Shown here piece after piece: positions 1 to 6,154 of a DNA stretch of 10,993 nt. The DNA comes from a virus. Lineage: Duplodnaviria > Heunggongvirae > Uroviricota > Caudoviricetes. Where the stretch lies: the IMG/VR virus record IMGVR_UViG_3300029267_003207; one strand, 5' to 3'. A program made the translations under genes and the position numbers. Every line of letters begins with the position of its first letter. Within the stretch, counting starts at the first letter, position 1. The notes under the pieces are model-generated. The model saw only the letters and a list, made by a program, of their open reading frames with translations, ran no database searches and had not been told where the DNA came from.

Positions 1-113
1 GTATCGGACTTCAAACTATAGTAGCAATTGGGGCAGCTTATAGTATATTGTGTTGCAGCAACAAATGTCCACGTAGTAAAGTGACATTCGTTATTACAGA
101 TTGGGCAGCGCAT
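1..113 (-). CDS. Partial (runs off the left edge) small zinc-ribbon protein, Lar-like CxxC...CxxC
   Basis: Hand translation from ATG at 113: MRCPICNNECHFTTWTFVAATQYTISCPNCYYSLKSD..., open to the window edge. Two CPxC knuckles; overlaps the end of the upstream ORF. Confidence 0.65.
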   Translation of the reverse strand, partial: MRCPICNNECHFTTWTFVAATQYTISCPNCYYSLKSD

Positions 114-264
114 GACTTAACCTTCGTTCACTATATAGTTGTCGTGCTTTTGCTCTTGCCTGAACCAGTAAACATCTTAGTTCATTCTCTTCACTATACC
201 GTATCACATAAAGAGCTTGAGATAAAAGATGCTCAACAGCTTCGTATTCTCTATTTAGTTGCAT
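94..264 (-). CDS. Small helical hypothetical protein (~56 aa, MQLNREYEAVEHLLSQ...)
   Basis: ORF track 94..276. The ATG at 264 overlaps the end of the upstream membrane ORF and is preferred as start. Tiles with its neighbours on the minus strand. Confidence 0.55.
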   Translation of the reverse strand: MQLNREYEAVEHLLSQALYVIRYSEENELRCLLVQARAKARQLYSERRLSHALPNL

Positions 265-421
265 ATACAAGACCACTAATTGTAGTTAGAAAAAGAAGAA
301 TAAGAAAAATACTAACTGGATAGGGTGAAAGCTTATTTATTTCAACTATACCATAGGCAAAGAAGAAACCAAAGAATGTAGTAGTTAGGTAAAACAGGGT
401 GAAGAAAATAATAGCTCTCAT
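251..421 (-). CDS. Small membrane protein, two predicted TM segments (56 aa, MRAIIFFTLFYLTTTFFGFFFAYG...)
   Basis: ORF track 251..460, but its 5' part overlaps tRNA-Lys. True start is probably the ATG at 421, preceded by GGAG (TTTGGAGTTAAAATG). Two hydrophobic stretches. Confidence 0.7.
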   Translation of the reverse strand: MRAIIFFTLFYLTTTFFGFFFAYGIVEINKLSPYPVSIFLILLFLTTISGLVYATK

Positions 422-433
422 TTTAACTCCAAA

Positions 434-507
434 TGTCCCGAGCGGGACTTGAACCCGCAACCTACGGATTAAAAGTCCGTTGCTCTAGCCAACTGAGCTA
501 CCGGGAC
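434..507 (-). tRNA. tRNA-Lys(UUU), no encoded CCA
   Basis: Reverse complement folds as a cloverleaf: GTCCCGG TA GCTC AGTTGGCTA GAGC A ACGGA CT-TTT-AA TCCGT AGGTT GCGGG TTCAAGT CCCGC TCGGGAC A. Followed by TTT, not CCA. Confidence 0.95.
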
Positions 508-562
508 TCATTTCTAATAACATAAAAGAGCATGGATAGCATGAAAACAACCAACAAAAATT

Positions 563-796
563 TTACGATTTCATTATCTCCTTATTAAAGCCAACACCAA
601 TAGCGACGCAATACGTACATGCTGGCCAAGCTAATAGCACCTTAACAATGGCCCAGGCCAAAGGCGTTGCATCCACTTTTGTTTGGCATTGTTGAATAAT
701 TTCAGAAAGACCAGGCGCAAGCATGACAAAAACACCAAGCCAAACACCAAGAGCCATAAAACTCAACAAAACAATCAAACCAATCCAAGCTTTCAT
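563..796 (-). CDS. Small membrane protein, 2-3 hydrophobic segments (MKAWIGLIVLLSFMALGVWLGVFVMLAPG...)
   Basis: ORF track 563..805. The ATG at 796 directly follows the upstream stop, with AAGGA upstream. Strongly hydrophobic. Confidence 0.7.
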   Translation of the reverse strand: MKAWIGLIVLLSFMALGVWLGVFVMLAPGLSEIIQQCQTKVDATPLAWAIVKVLLAWPACTYCVAIGVGFNKEIMKS

Positions 797-797
797 T

Positions 798-1208
798 TTA
801 AGCATCCTTATTTTTTACTATCTTACCAAGAACTTTACAATTCTCAAGTTCGCTATTATATACGTCACCTTGACACCAGCCTCCCTTGAGAACACTACTC
901 ACAACTTTACTAAATCTTTTTACATTAGTTCCAACAATCTCGCTATTTAGAATGCTTGCTATCTCGTCGATAACAGCATCCTCACGAAGTATCGAACCAA
1001 CAACCTGAGCCTTACCTTTCACAGTAGAATGACAGACCATTGAGTCTACAACTTTAGATGAGTCTTTTACATAAGAGTTTTCAGTCACTACAGAGTCACC
1101 TTTAACAACGGCGTTACCAGTTATATAAGAGCCTCTTTGAACAAAAACAGTATTCTCTACTGTTGCATTATTACTGACTAAACCCCCACCATTTTTCCAA
1201 GTGTACAT
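798..1208 (-). CDS. Hexapeptide-repeat-like (left-handed beta-helix) protein, 136 aa
   Basis: Repeating V/I-x-x-x-[SA]-x pattern (NNATVENTVFVQRGSYITGNAVVKGDSVVTENSYVKDSSKVVDS...). AGGAG RBS about 7 nt before the ATG. Confidence 0.7.
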   Translation of the reverse strand: MYTWKNGGGLVSNNATVENTVFVQRGSYITGNAVVKGDSVVTENSYVKDSSKVVDSMVCHSTVKGKAQVVGSILREDAVIDEIASILNSEIVGTNVKRFSKVVSSVLKGGWCQGDVYNSELENCKVLGKIVKNKDA

Positions 1209-1224
1209 TAGTATCTCCTAAAAG

Positions 1225-1297
1225 CTCCGGGAGGAGGACTCGAACCTCCAATAGCGAAATTAACAGTTTCGTGCCTTACCTATTTGGCTATCCCGGA
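1225..1297 (-). tRNA. tRNA-Asn(GUU), no encoded CCA
   Basis: Reverse complement: TCCGGGA TA GCC AAATAGGTAA GGC A CGAAA CT-GTT-AA TTTCG CTATT GGAGG TTCGAGT CCTCC TCCCGGA G. U1-A72 pair and G73 discriminator, as in bacterial tRNA-Asn. Confidence 0.95.
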
Positions 1298-1300
1298 GTG

Positions 1301-2056
1301 TTAAAAACTTTTGTCAATATGGTATTTCGACGCCCATACTAAATTTTTGGCGCCGCTCTTCGGCTTTTTGAGTCTTAATGTCAAATAGCTTTGCATATTT
1401 AATGTGTGTTCAACTGGGACCATATAAACATCTAAATTTTCTAGGTTTATAAGAGCAAAGTAGTCAAATTCATCCTGACTATATCTAGTTCGGACACTCT
1501 CGCCATTCTTTCTTGTTGAGTGTGTTAGAATAAGGCCAATAGTTCCATTCTTTGGATGCGCACTTTTACACTGTATTCGTACAAGTTTATCACTTGTTTC
1601 AATTATTAAATCTGTTGACGAAAAATCACCAATCTCTTTGAATACTGCATAACCCTTTGCTGTAAGAAGTTCTGCAACTCTCAACTCACCTAAAGTTCCT
1701 TTAAGCTTTGAATGTAGACCACTTTGAGAACGCGCAACACTTTCTGCCACTTTTCTTTTATGTTCTTTTGTTAGAGGCTGTCTAATATTTGAATTGTGCC
1801 TTCTTACATTCTCACAACCTTTACTACAAACTGGTGGCGATTTCAACTTTTTCAGACGCCAAGGTGCCAAATAAAACTTCTCACCACAAACTTCACATGA
1901 TACGTTAGGTCGTTCTCTTTTCTCCTTGCGGTTTTTAAGTTTAATTCCACGACATTTTAGACTGCAGGTTGCACCATCTTTAATATTTTTAAGTTCGGCA
2001 GGACTTCTGTAAATAGCCTCACCGCATATCACACACTTGCAGTTTGGTTTCTTCAT
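1301..2056 (-). CDS. Free-standing homing-type endonuclease: two N-terminal CxxCG...CSxxC zinc fingers, NUMOD3-like motif, C-terminal PD-(D/E)XK domain (I-Ssp6803I/PDDEXK_5-like)
   Basis: CVICG...CSLKC and CEVCG...CSKGC repeats; LTKEHKRKVAESV (NUMOD3-like); KGTLGELRVAELL...STDLII...RIQCKS...RYSQDEFDYFAL matches the G-x-x-x-E...D...Q-x-K pattern of group I intron PD-(D/E)XK endonucleases. Confidence 0.8.
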   Translation of the reverse strand: MKKPNCKCVICGEAIYRSPAELKNIKDGATCSLKCRGIKLKNRKEKRERPNVSCEVCGEKFYLAPWRLKKLKSPPVCSKGCENVRRHNSNIRQPLTKEHKRKVAESVARSQSGLHSKLKGTLGELRVAELLTAKGYAVFKEIGDFSSTDLIIETSDKLVRIQCKSAHPKNGTIGLILTHSTRKNGESVRTRYSQDEFDYFALINLENLDVYMVPVEHTLNMQSYLTLRLKKPKSGAKNLVWASKYHIDKSF

Positions 2057-2217
2057 TCCTCTGCCTCTTCACACTCAAAGCATTCACGGTATCTACCAGG
2101 AATGCAGTTTTCACAGCCCCATCGTCCGCATGTTGGGCATTCTAGCAATATCTCAGAGTATTCTGTACTTCCGCAAATATCACAGGGTTCTGAACGTAAT
2201 TGATCCATCTTCTTCAT
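2053..2217 (-). CDS. Small 8-Cys zinc-finger protein (54 aa), not in the ORF track
   Basis: Hand translation MKKMDQLRSEPCDICGSTEYSEILLECPTCGRWGCENCIPGRYRECFECEEAEE*. Four CxxC pairs; ATGA overlap with the endonuclease start; AAGGAGGAG upstream. Confidence 0.75.
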   Translation of the reverse strand: MKKMDQLRSEPCDICGSTEYSEILLECPTCGRWGCENCIPGRYRECFECEEAEE

Positions 2218-2326
2218 CTATCTCAAACTCCTCCTTAAAATCGGGGTCGTTCTCGACAAAAACATCGACGTCCCCATTTATGTAGTAGTAATCACCAAGA
2301 ATTGACATTAGTTTGTGTAGTTTCAT
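2180..2326 (-). CDS. Small acidic protein of the 'helix-G18-D19' paralog family (48 aa), not in the ORF track
   Basis: Hand translation MKLHKLMSILGDYYYINGDVDVFVENDPDFKEEFEIDEEDGSITFRTL*. Aligns without gaps to four other small ORFs in the window. Confidence 0.7.
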   Translation of the reverse strand: MKLHKLMSILGDYYYINGDVDVFVENDPDFKEEFEIDEEDGSITFRTL

Positions 2327-2425
2327 GGGCGCACCAAATTAAAGTTATCTGGTCGATTTCAAACAATACCAAGAAAAATAACCGTAGTCATGCGTAGTCA
2401 TCCTTACAATAGTCAAAGGCCCCCA

Positions 2426-3139
2426 TCATTCCAGCCGTTTTTTAGTTATATCTACGTACTGATGCTCTTTTTCAATACCAATAAATTTACGTTTAAGATT
2501 TTTTGCTGCAACTAAAGTTGAGCCGGAACCGGCAAAACAGTCTAAAACAATCTCATTTTCTTCTGTATATGTCTTAATAAGGTACTCCAAAAGTTCTATG
2601 GGCTTTTCAGCGCTATGCACCCTACTATAATTGTTTACACACTTAAATTTTAATATATTACTTGGGTATCGTGTGGTTTTACCGCCTTTATAATCTCTCG
2701 TATTTGTTCCGTGGTATGCTTTTCCATTGCTACACCCTCTAGCTGAGTTAGTTGGAACGTGACCATCCGTTAATTGAGGTGTGTATTTTTTTCCTCCAAA
2801 AATTGATATCTCCTCAACTTTTCTAATAGGCATTCTTTTGGCGTGGAAAAAATTAGTTCCCTGGTTTTTATTCCAATACCAGCAATATTTGAAATTACGT
2901 ATATTGGATGATATGACTTTTGTTGTAAATGGTTGGCACCCAAAAATTGCAGCTATATATCCTTGTTTTCCTAACCTATTAAACTCATCCCACAATAGAT
3001 TAAAAGGAACAATTGAATCCCACTTCGCGGCTGTCATGCCATAAGGGGGGTCAATACATATAAAGTCAACACTATTGTCGGGTATACTTTTCATTACCTC
3101 CAGACAATCACCTTGTATTACTCTATTTACCGTAATCAT
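2426..3139 (-). CDS. Site-specific DNA methyltransferase, beta class (N6-adenine or N4-cytosine), orphan
   Basis: Catalytic motif IV DPPY near the N-terminus (FICIDPPYG); SAM-binding motif I near the C-terminus (VLDCFAGSGST); H-x-x-x-KP before motif I; starts GDCLEVMKSIPDNSVD. Confidence 0.93.
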   Translation of the reverse strand: MITVNRVIQGDCLEVMKSIPDNSVDFICIDPPYGMTAAKWDSIVPFNLLWDEFNRLGKQGYIAAIFGCQPFTTKVISSNIRNFKYCWYWNKNQGTNFFHAKRMPIRKVEEISIFGGKKYTPQLTDGHVPTNSARGCSNGKAYHGTNTRDYKGGKTTRYPSNILKFKCVNNYSRVHSAEKPIELLEYLIKTYTEENEIVLDCFAGSGSTLVAAKNLKRKFIGIEKEHQYVDITKKRLE

Positions 3140-3318
3140 GTGCGGAACTCCAGGTCGATTTCTTCTTCATCCGTTTCACAGTTCACGCACAGATCAAAAT
3201 CAACAGACCTAATAGGAATATAAGAATGGTATTCCGCTGGCGCCAAAGTAACAAGTGGGTGCGGCCCATACTCTTCAATCGCGTCTTCAATTCGCTCTTT
3301 TAGTTCAAATAGTGTCAT
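3136..3318 (-). CDS. Small acidic protein of the 'helix-G18' paralog family (60 aa)
   Basis: ORF track; MTLFELKERIEDAIEEYGPHPLV...; ATGA overlap with the methyltransferase start. Confidence 0.75.
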   Translation of the reverse strand: MTLFELKERIEDAIEEYGPHPLVTLAPAEYHSYIPIRSVDFDLCVNCETDEEEIDLEFRT

Positions 3319-3490
3319 TTAGTCTAAACTCCAAAAGATAACCACAATAACAATGATAATTATCCTCAAAGAAACCGCTGTTAACTTCTTTCACCGACTT
3401 ACAAGGTCCGTCTGAAGACACAAAGATTTCCATATCTCCATGACGAGCATATGCTTTGTCAATTATTTTCTTTAGCTCTTTTAGTGTCAT
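3305..3490 (-). CDS. Small protein of the 'helix-G18-D19' paralog family (61 aa)
   Basis: ORF track; MTLKELKKIIDKAYARHGDMEIFV...; TAATG coupling to the upstream ORF. Confidence 0.75.
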   Translation of the reverse strand: MTLKELKKIIDKAYARHGDMEIFVSSDGPCKSVKEVNSGFFEDNYHCYCGYLLEFRLNDTI

Positions 3491-3618
3491 TACAAAACTC
3501 GTTTAGACTTTTTTCCTGTTTGCGGGTCACAAGATTCATCACTGGTGAAAGGAATCTGGTTATAGACATCATCGGCATCCGAAAGAGCGTCAAATAGTTT
3601 CTGGATGTACTCTTTCAC
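3490..3618 (-). CDS. Small hypothetical protein (42 aa, GTG start), not in the ORF track
   Basis: Hand translation MKEYIQKLFDALSDADDVYNQIPFTSDESCDPQTGKKSKRVL*. GTGA overlap with the upstream stop and TAATG overlap with the downstream start; fills the gap exactly. Confidence 0.65.
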   Translation of the reverse strand: MKEYIQKLFDALSDADDVYNQIPFTSDESCDPQTGKKSKRVL

Positions 3619-3917
3619 CGCATTCGTACCTTTCTAGGAATCCTACAGACTCTATTCTCCCGGAAAGCTCTTAGGCTTTCATCATGGACCAAAGTAAATG
3701 TTCGCAAGCTCTCCGGCGTATCTTCATCGAAGACCATGTCGCCGTCAGCAAGTTCCCAATACCAAACGAGTCCTCGTTTAGTTCCTACTTCGTACTTGGT
3801 GCCGATGTAGTTAGCATGTTCCTTGATTTGGTCAAGAGGCCAAGGTGGCATTCCATCCCCAAAGAAATCGGCCACATAAAAACCAGCAGCGTCACAGTAA
3901 ACATTATATTCAGTCAA
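3615..3917 (-). CDS. Hypothetical protein (~100 aa, MTEYNVYCDAAGFYVADFFGDG...)
   Basis: ORF track 3615..3968. The TTG at 3917 (AAAGGA upstream, 8-nt overlap with the preceding ORF) is the more likely start. No recognised family. Confidence 0.65.
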   Translation of the reverse strand: MTEYNVYCDAAGFYVADFFGDGMPPWPLDQIKEHANYIGTKYEVGTKRGLVWYWELADGDMVFDEDTPESLRTFTLVHDESLRAFRENRVCRIPRKVRMR

Positions 3918-4089
3918 AGTAGATGTATCCTTTGTCTTCTTTTTCAAAGTCTCGAACAGTCGGAACATGAATATACCTTATGTCGTGCTCTTCAAGCCAC
4001 TCTCCACACGGCACATTTACTTTCAATTCAACATCACCGTAAGTGGCAATAAGTTCAGTCAATTTTTCTCTAAGAAGAGTTGCTTTCAA
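3910..4089 (-). CDS. Small protein of the 'helix-G18-D19' paralog family (59 aa, TTG start), not in the ORF track
   Basis: Hand translation MKATLLREKLTELIATYGDVELKVNVPCGEWLEEHDIRYIHVPTVRDFEKEDKGYIYFD*; AAGGAG RBS upstream. Confidence 0.75.
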   Translation of the reverse strand: MKATLLREKLTELIATYGDVELKVNVPCGEWLEEHDIRYIHVPTVRDFEKEDKGYIYFD

Positions 4090-4104
4090 GTTCCTAACTC
4101 CTTG

Positions 4105-4248
4105 TTAGTTCTCGTTTTCTTTCATCCAAATATCGTAAGCAACAGCTAGTGCTTGTTTCTGGGAATAATTTTCTTTAGTTAAAAATTCAACGGCCCTACT
4201 AATATAGTCTGACCGTTTTTCATTCTTTTTTGGTTTTGGGATAGGCAT
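4105..4248 (-). CDS. Small helical protein (47 aa) with an MPxPKP...ISR...QAxAxAY..W motif, not in the ORF track
   Basis: Hand translation MPIPKPKKNEKRSDYISRAVEFLTKENYSQKQALAVAYDIWMKENEN*; TAATG coupling. Resembles a small domain I recall from phage proteins. Confidence 0.7.
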   Translation of the reverse strand: MPIPKPKKNEKRSDYISRAVEFLTKENYSQKQALAVAYDIWMKENEN

Positions 4249-4418
4249 TAGAATCCTGTGTCATAAAAATCATATATGGTCAACATATCATCGTGAATAG
4301 TTGGGTTACAAATATAGTCAATCTCATGGTTTTCTGTGTTAATAAACACTCCAACCTGTAGATCACCAAAGTCCTGTTTAATTTCTTCTAGTCGTTCAAT
4401 AAATTCAGAAATTTTCAT
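4248..4418 (-). CDS. Small acidic protein of the 'helix-G18-D19' paralog family (56 aa), not in the ORF track
   Basis: Hand translation MKISEFIERLEEIKQDFGDLQVGVFINTENHEIDYICNPTIHDDMLTIYDFYDTGF*; AAAGGT upstream. Confidence 0.75.
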   Translation of the reverse strand: MKISEFIERLEEIKQDFGDLQVGVFINTENHEIDYICNPTIHDDMLTIYDFYDTGF

Positions 4419-4438
4419 TGTGTTGACCTTTAATTAAG

Positions 4439-4512
4439 TCCTCCAGGGTGGAATCGAACCACCATCACATCCTTATAAGAGACGGGCCTTCTAACCATTA
4501 GGCGACTGGAGG
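4439..4512 (-). tRNA. tRNA-Ile with UAU anticodon, no encoded CCA
   Basis: Reverse complement: CCTCCAG TC GCC TAATGGTTAGAA GGC C CGTCT CT-TAT-AA GGATG TGAT GGTGG TTCGATT CCACC CTGGAGG A. Perfect acceptor and T stems, A73, and an anticodon stem with two G-U pairs. Confidence 0.88.
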
Positions 4513-4534
4513 TGAATTCCTTTGTTATACTTCT

Positions 4535-4563
4535 ATTATACTCTCTGACACATGCTTTGTCAA
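4535..4563 (-). promoter_or_regulatory. Consensus sigma70-type promoter upstream of tRNA-Ile
   Basis: Minus strand TTGACA (4563-4558), 17-nt spacer, TATAAT (4540-4535). The -35 box overlaps the stop codon of the upstream gene; the tRNA 5' end is at 4512. Confidence 0.85.
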
Positions 4564-4856
4564 GTGTCATTTTTTATCAGTGTAAATTGGATTTTTTCAG
4601 ACGTCTGGCAATAAGCAAGGTACTTAAATTTGCCGAAATCAGTGTTATTGATTCGCACTCTTCCATTATTTATCACAGAATCCTGAAAAGACGTGGCTAT
4701 TTTATCGAATCCACTGGAGCCGAATATAACTGTGACGGCATTCTTCTCAAATATAACTGAGCCATGCCCATCAAAGTAATATTGTCGGGTTATATTTTTC
4801 CCATCAGTAAGATTAGAGGGGCGTTCAAATTTTAAGTAATCTAATGCTTCAACCAT
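4560..4856 (-). CDS. Hypothetical protein (98 aa)
   Basis: ORF track; starts 5 nt after the ugd stop; no recognised family. Confidence 0.7.
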   Translation of the reverse strand: MVEALDYLKFERPSNLTDGKNITRQYYFDGHGSVIFEKNAVTVIFGSSGFDKIATSFQDSVINNGRVRINNTDFGKFKYLAYCQTSEKIQFTLIKNDT

Positions 4857-4861
4857 TGATT

Positions 4862-6154
4862 TTATTCACATATGATACGGCCGAAAGTTTCATAAATTTT
4901 CCCGCTATCTATAACCTCTTCAGCGTCAAGTGAGCCCCTGCAATCTACCACAATATACGCGCCGATACTCGATACCGGAAGTAGACTATACTCTTCCCAT
5001 GGAGTCGCAACAATAAGCACGTCTGCTTTTTTTGTCATTTCAATCGGGTTAGTTTTATAAAAAGAAATAAGATTGGACGGGGGAAGCTCTTTCTTTAAAT
5101 TATCGATTGCCTTAGGGTCGTGAACGCGAATCTTTACCCCACTACGCAGCAGTTTCTTTATTATTGGGATAACCACAGAACAGCGTGTATCGTCCGTCCC
5201 ATCTTTAAAAGCGGCTCCCCAGATAGCTACAGTGAGGTTTGTATCCAGCGGAACGTTCTTTTCGATCTTCTTAATAACTCGCAAAGGTTGGGCGTTATTC
5301 GTCTCAACGATGCCTTTTATAAGCGGTAAATTTTCTCCTAATTTGTCCGCTGTGGCCACAAGTGCTTTCACATCTTTAGGAAAACAAGACCCACCGTAGC
5401 CAGGGCCTTGTTCATAAAAACTTGATCCAATACGTGAGTCAGTTGCCATCACGTCGCGTACTGATAAAATATTGGCGCCGGTGACTTCGCACAGATTTGA
5501 AATCTCGTTGATAAATGAAATTTTTGCAGCTAGAGCAGCATTACAAGCATACTTGGAAAGCTCTGCGCTACTAGTATCCATTGGAAAAATATCTGCGTCA
5601 ATCGGCGCATAAACTTTAAGTAAAAGGTCCAAGCTATGCTTGTCTCTTACTCCTAGCACAATTCGTTCTGGTTCAAGAAAATCTCTAACAGCTTGACCTT
5701 CTCGTAAGAATTCTGGATTACTGGCACAGTAATAATTCGCCTCACATTCATTGATACTTTTCACGATTTCATCATTTGTTCCAGGTGGAACTGTGCTTTT
5801 CACTACTATAAGTTTATCCGCCCCAGGTTGAACTTTTAATTGAGCACAAACTTTGTTGATGGTTTTTAAACTACACGGTAGTCCTCTACTTGACGGGGTC
5901 CCCAGGCACAGAAAGATAATGTCTGAGGCATCAAACATATCATGAAAGAAACGTGTAAACGAAAGTTGGCCACTCTCTAGCCCATCTTTAATAATTCCTT
6001 CTAACCCCTCTTCGTAAAAAGGAGCCTTCCCTTTTTGAAGTAGCTCTATTTTATTCCTGTCCGTATCTAAACAGGTCACCTTATGCCACTTACTCAAGCA
6101 AGCACCAGTAACCAAACCAACATACCCTGTTCCAACAATTCCAATTCTAATCAT
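4862..6154 (-). CDS. ugd: UDP-glucose/GDP-mannose dehydrogenase family protein (most likely UDP-glucose 6-dehydrogenase)
   Basis: NAD-binding GTGYVG; FLCLGTP; VVKSTVPPGT; SNPEFLREG; catalytic Lys in AELSKY; catalytic Cys in GYGGSCFPKD; C-terminal WGAAFKDGTDDTR. Confidence 0.93.
   Translation of the reverse strand: MIRIGIVGTGYVGLVTGACLSKWHKVTCLDTDRNKIELLQKGKAPFYEEGLEGIIKDGLESGQLSFTRFFHDMFDASDIIFLCLGTPSSRGLPCSLKTINKVCAQLKVQPGADKLIVVKSTVPPGTNDEIVKSINECEANYYCASNPEFLREGQAVRDFLEPERIVLGVRDKHSLDLLLKVYAPIDADIFPMDTSSAELSKYACNAALAAKISFINEISNLCEVTGANILSVRDVMATDSRIGSSFYEQGPGYGGSCFPKDVKALVATADKLGENLPLIKGIVETNNAQPLRVIKKIEKNVPLDTNLTVAIWGAAFKDGTDDTRCSVVIPIIKKLLRSGVKIRVHDPKAIDNLKKELPPSNLISFYKTNPIEMTKKADVLIVATPWEEYSLLPVSSIGAYIVVDCRGSLDAEEVIDSGKIYETFGRIICE

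Noticed and set aside
508-562. Possible promoter upstream of tRNA-Lys
   Set aside because: AT-rich, but there is no convincing -35/-10 pair and the shared AGAGTATAATAG motif is absent.
1225-2217. Group I intron interrupting a tRNA and carrying the PD-(D/E)XK endonuclease
   Set aside because: tRNA-Asn is a complete cloverleaf, the upstream side is a coupled protein-coding ORF rather than a 5' tRNA half, and there is no room for intron core helices.
2372-2391. Short tandem duplication (ATGACTACG twice, minus strand) in the 2327-2425 gap; removing it would restore a 24-aa ORF
   Set aside because: Only two 9-nt copies, and the restored peptide has no recognisable features. Could be chance or a decayed micro-ORF.
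6090-6149. Stop-codon recoding (TAG readthrough) extending TatA
   Set aside because: Long genes are intact in code 11 and TAA, TAG and TGA all end coupled ORFs. Readthrough would give a W/C-rich nonsense tail out of frame over ugd.
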